DNA of 64,000 nt from the human T2T-CHM13v2.0 reference genome, Homo sapiens, in assembly GCF_009914755.1 (NCBI RefSeq), contig NC_060927.1; one strand, 5' to 3'. Positions within the stretch are counted from its first letter, which is position 1, and each line of letters begins with the position of its first letter. This document shows, piece by piece, positions 19,621-33,930 of the stretch. The notes beneath the pieces were generated by a model. That model was not told where the DNA came from. It searched no databases and was given only the letters and a program-made list of their open reading frames with translations. Made by a program: the position numbers and the translations under genes.

Positions 19621-21936
19621 CTACAGGTGAGAAGTCCAATATATCAATTAAAGCTCCTTAAACCACACAAGGTATTCCTGAAGCCCCACTTTTTATACTG
19701 ATTCAAAAAGCTCAGAGTAAGATCTCTACCCTGGATGAGTTATCTCTGTTACTGTTAGGGGATACTAAGGCCTGGGATGGGATGAAGAAAAGAAGAAACA
19801 AGCTGACACTTTCATTCACAGTCAATCATATGCAAAAGCAGAAAGCTAGAGCTCAAGTTCACTCAATGCCTAATGCCACTCCTGATTATTGCAAATTAGT
19901 TCCGAAAAACTGATTACAGACTGAGCTAACTGCATAACAGCTAAAAGAAAGAGCCCTCTTCACTTTCTACCCACCCAGACTAAACTTAAAAGAGAGCAGC
20001 TCCACCTAGCCGGGTAAGCGAGGTGAATTCATTTGGTCCAACCCCTAAATGCACAGATGAGAGAAACAAGACCCACTGAAGTTTGAAAACTTACCAAAGT
20101 TCCCACAGTAGGTGGCAACAGATCTAAAGGACCAGAGGTTTGTTCTCTGGACAACTGCAGGCCGGAGCACAAGAGGAGGAAGAGGAAGAGGAGAGAATTG
20201 GAAAGCTAGGGAGGAACGGAAGAGGAGGGAGGGGCCGGGAAAGGAAACACCCAGCTGGCTGTGCCAGCCCTTGCTCTCCTCCCCTCCTAAGCCACAGGGT
20301 CTTTCATTTTTGGAATTTCCTCCCTACCTTTAAACCTTTCTTGATTTAAACCTTTCTTGATCAGACCTTAAACCAAGTCAGGTTGCAGCTATTTACAGAG
20401 TGAAAAGTGAGAACTGAAAGAATTATATAAGCCTTTCTCCTGGCCTCTGGCCAAATCTAGGGATGCCTCCCACTGTTTCTGTGAGAGGTGGGAAGTTGTT
20501 GGCCCATCCTTCATCCTAAGAAGCTCCTTCACAGGGCTACAGGTGTGAGCATGCAAAGAAGGCCTTCATGGGGGTTTAGGTGTGAGCATGCATTTCTAGG
20601 CTTCATGCATTTCTAGCGCCTTCACGGGGGTTCAGGTGCGAGCATGCATTTCTACACCATCTCTGGTCCCCAGCTTCCTCAGACCTCTCAGCTTCTCTTT
20701 CATAGGATGATAAAAGATATTCTTTGGGCTTTTATTTATGTACTCATTTACTGAGACAGAGTCTCGCTCTGTCATCCAGGCTAGAGTGCAGTGGCGCGAT
20801 CTCGGCTGACTGCAACCTCTGCCTCCTGGGTTCAAGTGATTCTCCTGCCTCAGCCTCCTAAGTAGCTGGGATTACAGGCACGCACCACCATGCTCGGCTC
20901 ATTTTTTGTATTTTTACTAGAGACAGGGTTTCACCATGTTGCCCAGGTTGGCCTCAAACTCCTGAGCTCAGGCAATCGGCCGGCGTTGGCCTCCTAAAGT
21001 GCCAGGATTACAGGCGTGAGCCACAGCGCCCATCCACTTTGGGCTCTTAAGGTGGCCATCCTAGGCACTTGCTATGTGTGACAAGTGCCTAGGATGCATG
21101 TTACTTACACAAACTCATTTAGTCTTCATGGCACCCAAGATGTTGGTGCTCTAATTTACAGATAAGGAAACTGAGATTTAGAAAGATCACCTAGCTGCCC
21201 ATCATTTTACTAGAGCTAGTACACAGGCAGCCAGTACATACCTAGGAAAAAATCAAAAATACCAACCAACCAATCAGCTCTAGGCCTATGATTTGCAGTA
21301 ATACGGTTTGGCCTTTAGAACTGCATTCAGTCCCAGGTCTCCCTGTTCCTAGGAGTTTTGTGGTCTTAGATAAACTAACCTTTGTGAGCCTGCATTTCCA
21401 TATTATAAAAATACAAATAGTGACCTGTTGCATAGGATTCTTGGGTATATTACAATAGAATGCAATGAAGGCACTTGCCTATGTTCAATAAATGTGTTCC
21501 TTCCTGGCCAGGTGTGGTAGCTCACGCCTGTAATCCAGGCACTTTGGGAGACTGAGGTGGGCAAACTGCTTGAGCCCAGGAGTTTGAGATCAGCCTAGGC
21601 AACACAGTGAAATCTCATCTCTATGGAAAATACAAAAATTAATCAGACGTGGGGTACACACCTGTAGTCCCAGCTACTCGGGAGGCTGAGATGGGAAGGT
21701 CACTTATGCCCAGGGGGCACGTGATCTGCAGTGATCCATGATCATGCCACTGCACTCCAGCCAGGATAACAGAGAAAAATCCTGCCTCAAAACAACAACA
21801 ACAAAAATGTTCCTTCCTTTCTGAAGGTAGCATAATAAACCAAAGATTTTACCAAACACTTTATTCCTACCACTCTCTGCCCAGGCTGGTGGTCGATTAT
21901 TACTATTGAGAAGAATCCTAAAGGGGTGATCTAGGT

Positions 21937-22055
21937 TAGAGTTGGCAGATTTAATATATTGGACATACTTATACTAAAAAATTGCTCGTTGTTCATCTGA
22001 AATTCCAATTTAACTGGGCGTCCTATATTTTTATTTGCTAAATCTGGCAACTCTA
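21937..22055. mobile_element. MER53 palindromic element, internally deleted
   Basis: Terminal inverted repeats TAGAGTTGGCAGATTTA and TAAATCTGGCAACTCTA; internal GGACATACTTATACTAAAAAAT...TCTGAAATTCCAATTTAACTGGGCGTCC. Confidence 0.8.
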
Positions 22056-22639
22056 AGGGCTTATAATAAACTGCCTGGGAAAAGAACTTTGAAAGTAACT
22101 TGCCAAGTTCCGAGTTGTGAGCAGTTTGGGGCTTGGTTTGACAGAGTCTATTGGCAACCAGTGGAAGCTCAGCCTAGAAACTCACTTTTCCAACATCATG
22201 ACTGATCCACAGGATTGGTGTCAGCCTTTTATTTTCTCAGCATTCTACCAAAGATGCATCCTGTAGCAGGAAACCTGCTTGTGTTCTGGGAAGTGCAGTG
22301 TCCTCTCAGCTAGAATTCCTTTGTCATTACATTTTTGTCTGTGGCCTAACTTGTAACAGGGGACAATTACTCTGCCCATCTGCATGCTTGATGGGGATCA
22401 ACTGTCAAGCTATTTGTTTTTAGGTCTAAGGAATTTCTAATGAGAATGAAAATGTGATGAAAGATTTTTCTAAACGTCAGCCAGCTCCCTGAGGACTCCG
22501 ATCATGTCTACTTTGAACCTTTAACTCTCTTAATAATGGGTAGAAGAAATATCATCCATAAGAATGACTTAGGTTGGGAAGCAGGTTAACATGAAAATCT
22601 ACAAATATTTAAAATAAAAATATTTTATTTCTCTCCTGT

Positions 22640-23178
<539 letters not shown>

Positions 23179-23297
23179 TTCTTAAATCTAGAGTTAGAAA
23201 AAGGATACATAGGCCAGGCATGATGGCTCATGCCTGTAATTTTGGGAGGCCGAGGAGGGTGGAACCCAAGGTCAGAAGATCGAGACCATTCTGGCTA

Positions 23298-23624
<327 letters not shown>

Positions 23625-24872
23625 TTATGGTCAACTTGAAGCCCCAACTCTTTAATCCTTCTTCCTGTATGTGTGATTCAATGTGTCTTTCCTGATCACA
23701 CAAAAAAATGGATTAACCGCATTAGCCATCTGAACACAGATAAGAAGACTGTATTGTTATGTGTTATGTTATCACTTAGTGTGTTTCCAGAAACAAACCA
23801 AAAGGCCTGGAAATGCTTATCAGCGGGGGAATGTAGAATTCTCCCTCAACAATGTCGTCTCACAGCTCCTGTAGACTCTGGATGGTTTGCACTTTGAGAA
23901 GTGGAAGTAGTTCATGTCATGCTACTTTCTATTCCTACCGAATGCCACGCATGCCTGTGTCTCAGCCAGCAGCTACCTGAAGAGGCCAAGTATGCTGAGT
24001 TTCATTTCAGGACCAAGTAGCTATGATGGGTGTAACGGCCTGGTCCACTCCAGTGGAGAAAGAAACTGAGAACTCAAATGGGTCAAGAGAGTTACTTCCT
24101 GTATAGGACTGATCCTATGTGGTGTTAGTAACTGTCTAAAGATGTATTAAGGTGGGACTTAGGGTTTTTGTGTTCATTTAGTTGCATCAGGTTTTTTTAA
24201 GCTGTGAAATGCAAGGGGTTTTGAAATGCAAAATACTTAAGCTGTGAAATGCAGAAGCCTGACTCCTACTCTGATTCTATGGTTCATAGAGTAGAGTGTG
24301 TGGTCCAGCAAGAGGCTGAAATAAGAGTGGAAAATGCTGCTTATGTGTCCCCTTCTGGGAGATTCATAGCGCTCATGAGCAGATTGAAAACTTAGCCAAG
24401 AGAACTTGGGAAACTTTGTTTAACTTTTAACCAAGTATTGTAGAGAGGAAAATCACTTCTCAAGAGTTTTCACAAAAGTGTTTTGTTGATTCATCAAAGG
24501 CCCGACCTGAAATAAGACAAAAACGTTTCATTTCTGTCAAGTAAGCCTTCTTTATTCTGCTGGCCAGGAAGGTAATGATTCTAACAAATTTGTGTTGGGA
24601 TACAAAAAAAGAAACTGGTTGGGTGCAGTCGCTCACACCTGTAATCCCAGCACTCTTGGGAAGCCGAGGCTGACAGATTTTCTGAGATTCAGGCGCTTGA
24701 GACCAGTCTGGCCAACATGGTAAAACCCCGTCTCTACTAAAAATTAAAAAATTAGCCAGGCATGGTGGCTAATTTCAAGAAGAATTGCTTGAACCCAGGA
24801 GGCGGAGTTTGCAGTGAGCTGCGATTGCACCACTGCACTCCAGCCTGGGCAACACAGCGAGGATCCATCTCA

Positions 24873-24910
<38 letters not shown>

Positions 24911-24929
24911 CAAAAAACAAAAAAGGAAA

Positions 24930-25240
24930 CCTCTAACAGTGGTAAAATGCATGTGGTTTGGAGCCCTAATTTGCCACTCTCTAGCTATGTGACCTAAATA
25001 GTAAGCTACTTAACAGCTACAAATCTCAGTTTTCCTATCTATAACATGGGGACAATGACAGTGCCATCAAAGGGTTGCTGTGAGGATTAAACATATTAAT
25101 AATAGTAACGATGGCAAATATTGTTTATTGAGACAAAGAAATGGTTCCAGAGAGGCTAGGCAAACTACCCACAGGTACATAACAAGTGGCTGGGCCTGGA
25201 TTTGAACCCAGGCAGTTAAATTCCAAAACTCCTCTCTTCA
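24930..25240. mobile_element. MIR fragments
   Basis: TCTCAGTTTTCCTATCTATAACATGGGGACAATGA; GGATTTGAACCCAGGCAG. Confidence 0.65.
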
Positions 25241-25479
25241 CTACAGCCTTCCCATTGATTCCAGTGGGTACTCAGCATAGCGCCTTGCCCATGGGAGATG
25301 ATATTTTTATTATTATCATTGACGGTAAAGACTCTGGAAATGAAATTAGATTTTAGAGCTTTAAGTGCTCCAGAGGTGTAATAACTAAGGGGCAAATTTC
25401 TTGAAAGTGTTTTTATCCTCCCTTCCTTAACTACTCTCCAGGGCATCCAAAGAAATTCCTTTCCCATGGGAAATAGCTG

Positions 25480-25514
<35 letters not shown>

Positions 25515-25781
25515 TAGCACAGCTGTAACTTGTGAATATTCCCTTCCCACTTGAAGCTGGGTGTTAATATACTCTCATTCTGACCCAGCACTGAATTGCA
25601 AAATGTAGTCACTCACTTTTTCTTACAAGTAGAAGCACCCTAATCACATAGTTACTTGGTAATTTTCACCTCTCAAAATCTTAGGAAAAAAAAAAAAAGG
25701 CCGGGCTCGTTGCTCACCTGTAATCTGTAATCCCAGCACTTTGGGAGGCCGAGGATGGTGGATCATGAGGTCAGGAGTTCA

Positions 25782-25982
<201 letters not shown>

Positions 25983-27472
25983 TCAAAAAAAAAAAAAAAA
26001 AAAGCTTTGCTTTTACAAACTCATTTGTGGCTGGCAGCTGGGTGATAAAGCCTTGCCTCCTTGCCGTGTCAGCTTTCAGGAATTCTCTGTTTGTCTGTGT
26101 TGTGTTACCCAAGTAGCCTGTTATCTTTGCGGTTTAAGGGCTGACTTGGAAATTCAGACTGTCATCTATTTAAAGAAAATGGAAGTCCCCACTCCACTAT
26201 TTTAATTAACTTTCAGAGAGCAGGGTTTCCTATTGGTTATGATAATGTTAACTTAAAATACTCTGAAGGGAACACGGCAGGAAACAAAATAAAAAGGGAG
26301 GATTGCTGTTTTTAAAGGTATTCTAGGAAGAAGAGTTTGAACAAAGCCATGAAGGCAGATAGCATGGGCCATGCGGAGAAAAAATGAAGAGAGGCATGAG
26401 CAGATACTAAGGAGTATGCACAGCAGAGAATGGGAGACTAAATGTGTAATGCCAACCAAATATGGCCTTGAATGCCAGGTTGTGCTGGTGTTGGTGGGCA
26501 GGTGTCTGTGTGCAATGAGAAATTAAGAGATTTTTAGAAATAAACAATGATCAAATCTATGTCGTAGGAAGGTAGCTGGAAGTTACGCACAGGCAGTAGT
26601 GTGTGGTGGAATCAGAACAGATCTGAGAACTCACCAGCAATGTAACAATCTCTTTGGGCTTAAATTTTACATTTATTACTTTGTTCAATGGAGATAATAG
26701 CTAATGTGGTAAGACTGAATGAAATCAGACATGTACATTTAAAATAATGCTGTAGGCCAGGTACGGTGGCTCACGCTTGTAATCCCAGCACTTTGGGAGG
26801 CCTAGACGGGCAGATCACCTGAGGCCAGGAGTTCGAGACCAGCCTGGCCAATGTGGTGAAACCCCGTCTCTACTAAAAACACAAACAATAGCTGGGCATG
26901 GTGGTGCTCATCTGTAATTCCAGCTACTTGGGAGGCTGAGGTAGGAGAATTGCTTGAACCCGGGAGGCGGAGGTTGCTGTGAGCAACCTCACACCACTGC
27001 ACTCTAGCCTGGGCGACAGAGTGAGATTCCATCTCAAAAAATAATATATAAAATAACACTGTAATACCCAATTATTAGCTCAACACATAATTCACACACA
27101 CACACTTTTACAGTCAGGCTGAGTGGGAAGGAATGAGGGCTGAGAAAGTTGCGGTGCTGATCAGCAGAAGGAAATCTGTCTGACAGGTGGGAAAAAGATG
27201 GGAAAGGAAAGGGGAAATCCTCAGACAGCATGCAAGAGAGAATGGAGCTGTAATTCAAAGGGAGACAATGGAAGAGGAGCTGGTTTGGAGGCTGGGCTGT
27301 TGGTGAGGTCAGCTTCGGAAATGCTGAATTCAAGAAAGAGGTGGATATTCACAAGGAGTGGACCAGAGCAGCCTTAAGAATTAGGTGGTCAGTCATTGTT
27401 TTTACTGAAAAAGCCACTTTGCCTAGGAAGGTATTTGGGGACATATTTTGGTCAATGTTTGTTTGTTTATCA

Positions 27473-27970
<498 letters not shown>

Positions 27971-28049
27971 TTATATGGGAAACAAGTAATATTTGTAACA
28001 ATAGGGGAGTCCATCATGTCCATCAATTTGGTAAAATAAGATGGATTAC

Positions 28050-28275
28050 AGGAACTGTTTTAAATACTTTACAAATGCAATATTAATTCATTTAATCCTC
28101 ACAGCAATCCTATGGAGTGTGTATTATAATTGTAAGTCCCATTTTACAGATGAGGAAACTGAGGCTTGGAGATTTTAAGTAATTTGTTCAAGATTACACA
28201 GGTAATAAGTAGCCGAGCTGGCATTTGAATCAGGCTGTCTGGTTCCACAGTCTTTGCTCTAACCACTACAACATT
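28050..28275. mobile_element. MIR
   Basis: TCATTTAATCCTCACAGCAATCCTATG...CCCATTTTACAGATGAGGAAACTGAGGC. Confidence 0.8.
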
Positions 28276-28306
28276 GCCTCATGGTATTTTATTTTGCCTG
28301 ACTTTC

Positions 28307-29480
<1,174 letters not shown>

Positions 29481-30411
29481 AAGAGGAGTTTTAGAACAAA
29501 ACTTTGGAGGAAAAACATATCCTCTCTATTCAGGGGAGAAGATCAGATAGGGAGAGCATGGTAATTTGCAAAATGCTCCCACATGTCCTGAAAACCAACC
29601 TGCAAAGCCATTGTTTTGATTAACCCCAATTTACAGATGAGGGAACCGAGGCTCAGACAGGATAAGTGGCCACTCAGAGGGATGTTGCCAGTCTGCGTGA
29701 TTTCCAGTCCCACGCTCTCTCCACTACTTAGTGTAGTTTGGACAATTTCAAAACAGTGTGCGCCACTTCAACCTCGTGATCACTCAGAAAAACCACCAGG
29801 AACAAGCTCGAGTGAAGGCAAAGGTCTGGACTGGGCTTGCCCAGAATTAACTCGCCAACCTTGATGTCCTAGGGCTCAAATGTTTGAACAACTGAAGGAC
29901 TGTCCCTTTTAGGCCTTCCTTTGCCTCAGGCAAGGGATCTTCCCTAAGGAAGGTTTGTGAAATTACCCTTTCTTTTTCTATTCTCCACCTCCCCCATAAC
30001 TATAGGTTATTACAGCTTCTTCAGACCAACCTTAGTCTCAAAAGTCTCATCAGAGGTAGATAAGAGACCAGATAGGATGATAGTAATAATGAGGATAATA
30101 ATAACTAAATTAATAATAATAGCCCAAGGGTGTAGATTACTTGCTATAAGCCAGATGTTGCCCTGGGCAACGTTTACATACATTTGATTCTCATGACAGT
30201 TTTATGGGAAAGGTACCATTTTACCGATGAGGAAACTGAGGCTCAGAGGGTGTCAGTCACAGCCTTGACTGGGGCTAAGTGGGGAAGGTGGGTTAGCAAT
30301 CCATTGAGTGTGAGCTTTTGGGCCCTGAAACCCTCATTTACAAATTGACTTTAGAATCACCTCCCGTATGATTTCTTATCCAGGGTTGTTTTTTAAAAAT
30401 CACCCCCATAA

Positions 30412-31122
<711 letters not shown>

Positions 31123-32213
31123 TTATACTCTTGTTTTTTTTTTTAAACTCCTGCCCCTTTCTTTCCATTAAAAACAACTGGTGTTTGATTTTCATGATTT
31201 CTTCAAATTTCTTAACCTAGAAAAATGTAAATACACACACACACACACAAATATATATATATAGAGAGAGCACAAAACAGAACTGGTGGGAGATTGTGGT
31301 GAGGAATCATGGTGTTTTAAGTGGCATCCTTGAACATTCTACCAAAGCCGAATGGGAAGATGAGGAGAGTGTTGGGAGTTTCCGAACTGAAGTACAACTC
31401 CGTAACTGGAAGTTTTCAAGGTTGGAAGGCATTATTTTGTTAGTCCGTTAAGGGGCACATTATTCAAAGACTTGGCTGGGAATGAGTGCTAGGTGATCTG
31501 TAAATAATCTACGAGTAACGTCTACCAGGAGTCGAACATTAACATCGTAGAGGCCAGGCTTTCAAAGGGGTCATTGGCCTACAAAGGGAAGCATTGCCTC
31601 CACCCCTTAACTGTTTCTCTACAACTCCAACGATTGCATTAAAAGGACAGAATGGAGCAGGTAGAGGGTGAATTCAAATATAAACACCCTCTGTGGATGT
31701 GGCCAGTGAGGCAGTTAGAACCATTAAGTGTCTCCGCAGCAACAATACAACTGTTAGGTCAAGTGTATGAAGGGTGAGGCCCCTTCGGGGCAGCTGTGAA
31801 AGAAAGCCCCTATTAATCCCTTAACTAAGCAGCTGATGGATTTAATCTTTTTGTGCATACATTATAACTCTTCGAACACAAGATTATTGTAAGGTTTTTT
31901 TTTATCAGCATAAGCTATCAAAGCTTTTTATAGATTTCTTCATCTCACTAATTAACAGATGACAGAAAACAGAACTTTGGAGAGCTTCTGGTTCCATCGC
32001 TGTCATTCTGGCTTCAAAAACTGTAAGAAAGCATCATTCCCTGATTCATTCACAAAAAGAATAGGTCTCTATTTGAAGAGCGAAGAGATCTCAGTCTCCT
32101 GCCTTACAGATCTACTTTCCTTTGATTTTGTATCCATTGTTATTTAAAATAACCACATAAAATGATTCTTTAGGGTTATTTTGCATAGTAATATCAGAAA
32201 AGAAAAGCATTAC

Positions 32214-32236
32214 CTGGTATAATCTCCCTTGGCTTC
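32214..32236 (-). CDS. FRMD4B: FRMD4B 23-nt coding micro-exon (phase 0/2): EAKGDYT(S)
   Basis: TTTGTTGTTTTTAG|GAAGCCAAGGGAGATTATACCAG|GTAATG. It supplies the LQxxxGDY motif of the FERM F2 lobe and the phase fits both neighbours. Confidence 0.94.
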
Positions 32237-33030
32237 CTAAAAACAACAAACAAAAACAGAGTTGATCAATATGTATCTTTGTTAAGCTAAATGAGTTTTA
32301 TCTTGATTACTTTCCCCTCTTAAAGTTCCTGAGTTTTGTTTTGAAGAGTGTTTCTCAGGAATGCTCTCCCTATAGGCATAAGAAGAATTAGGCATTGATA
32401 AGAAAACCCTGACTGTCCTGTTAGGAATATTCCTTATTCTTAACAAAAGAAACATATGTATGTGAAAAAGCACAGATAATTATTTCTCACTGTACGTTTT
32501 TAAGATCACATGATAAATGCTTTTCATTCAAGTGGCACACTTTTTAGACTGGAGGAAGACCTTTTAAACCACAATACAGGTAAACCAACACATACTATTT
32601 GTTTTCCCTTTACTTTTTAAACCAGCATGGAAACAGACTAATGCCTTTAAGAACTAAAGGGCTCTTTTACTGGACCACAAGAAAATGTATACAAAAGTTA
32701 CTAAATTTAAATGAAAATTACAGCTGTTGTAACAACTGCTGCCTCCCAAATTCAAGTATCCCAGAGCTCTCTTCCAGGAATATGGGTTTAATTCTTCTCC
32801 TTCAGAGCAGTCTAAATTTCATTTTTCTTTGAGACTCACAATATCACATTGTAGCTCATGCAAACTATTCTAAAGCAGAAGACGGTGGCGCACATTTTTC
32901 ATCGGCAAACAACTAACTGGCTTAAAAATCCAACAAACACTGGCCCATGCAAAAGTTTCAGAGTTGCAGGCAGTTAACAAAAACGAACAAACACAAGGGA
33001 GCTGCTAAGAGGCAGTTTGTCCAATCTTAC

Positions 33031-33087
33031 CTGTAAAATAAACGCTGCTAACTTGAAGATGGTTTCGCTCTCTACTTCGATTTGCCC
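33031..33087 (-). CDS. FRMD4B: FRMD4B coding exon (57 nt, phase 0/0), FERM domain: GQIEVESETIFKLAAFILQ
   Basis: Minus strand reads TTTTCCATCAACAG|GGGCAAATC...TTTTACAG|GTAAGA. The peptide matches my recollection of FRMD4B and joins the next four exons in frame. Confidence 0.95.
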
Positions 33088-33269
33088 CTGTTGATGGAAA
33101 AGGAAAGCATCATTGAACATGGGGCTGTCCTAGATTGTAGCAAATGGCTCTGAAGTTGAGGAAGCTGTCACAGCTTGGCACCTCCAGTTTACGATCAAAT
33201 GCAGATCATACCATTGCAGGGGAAAGTGGGGGGTGTGGAGAGACTCATTGAGGGTTAAGGCGAAACCAC

Positions 33270-33271
33270 TG

Positions 33272-33312
<41 letters not shown>
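33270..33312. repeat. (TG)n microsatellite, about 21 units
   Basis: Direct reading; one TGCG interruption. Confidence 0.95.
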
Positions 33313-33313
<1 letters not shown>

Positions 33314-33799
33314 TATTTTAAATAGCTGTGGTGACGGATTATGTGTAGAGAGCAGTATTCAGGAAGAAACGGGAATGACTTTGAGGCTAAACATTCAGAA
33401 AACTTCTAAATGAAAAATTTTTATCTCTGCAAGTTCATTTTTAAGCACTCTGCAGAATTTCCTAGATTCATTTGTTGAGTGTTTTCCTGGGATAATTTTT
33501 TTCCCCTGTGTTACAGCATGGTTATTTCAGTATACACACAATGTAAATATTATTAAAAATATAAATTCACTTCTGTGTCAATGACACATTGTTGAGTTCA
33601 TATTTGTACTATTACAGATAAAATGTGAGGCCTTAAAAATCAGTTACAGCAAATGCTTTGAAGACTAAAATTCTGTTGATTTATATTGAAGTTCGAGGAA
33701 CTCTAATTTATCAGTTTTCCTTTTTTTTTTTTTTTTTTATCATTCAAAACCCCAAAGAAAAATTGGAGCTCTGGGCCTTGGTAAAGAATGCTTTTTCAG

Positions 33800-33930
33800 G
33801 GCCTGGCACAGTGGCTCATGCCCATAATCCCAGTACTCTGGGAGGCTGAGGGAGAAGGATCACTTGAGGCCAGGAGTTTGAGACCAGCTTGGGCAACATA
33901 GAGAGACCTCATCTCTACCAAAAAAGAAAA
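33800..33930 (+). mobile_element. Alu left monomer (FLAM-like)
   Basis: Left arm only, with A tail; GCTTTTTCAG flanks both sides. Confidence 0.85.

Noticed and set aside
32214-32236. 23-nt exon as an SRRM4-type neural microexon
   Set aside because: It is not a multiple of 3, is needed for frame and for the GDY motif, and has no UGC between the pyrimidine tract and the AG. It looks constitutive.
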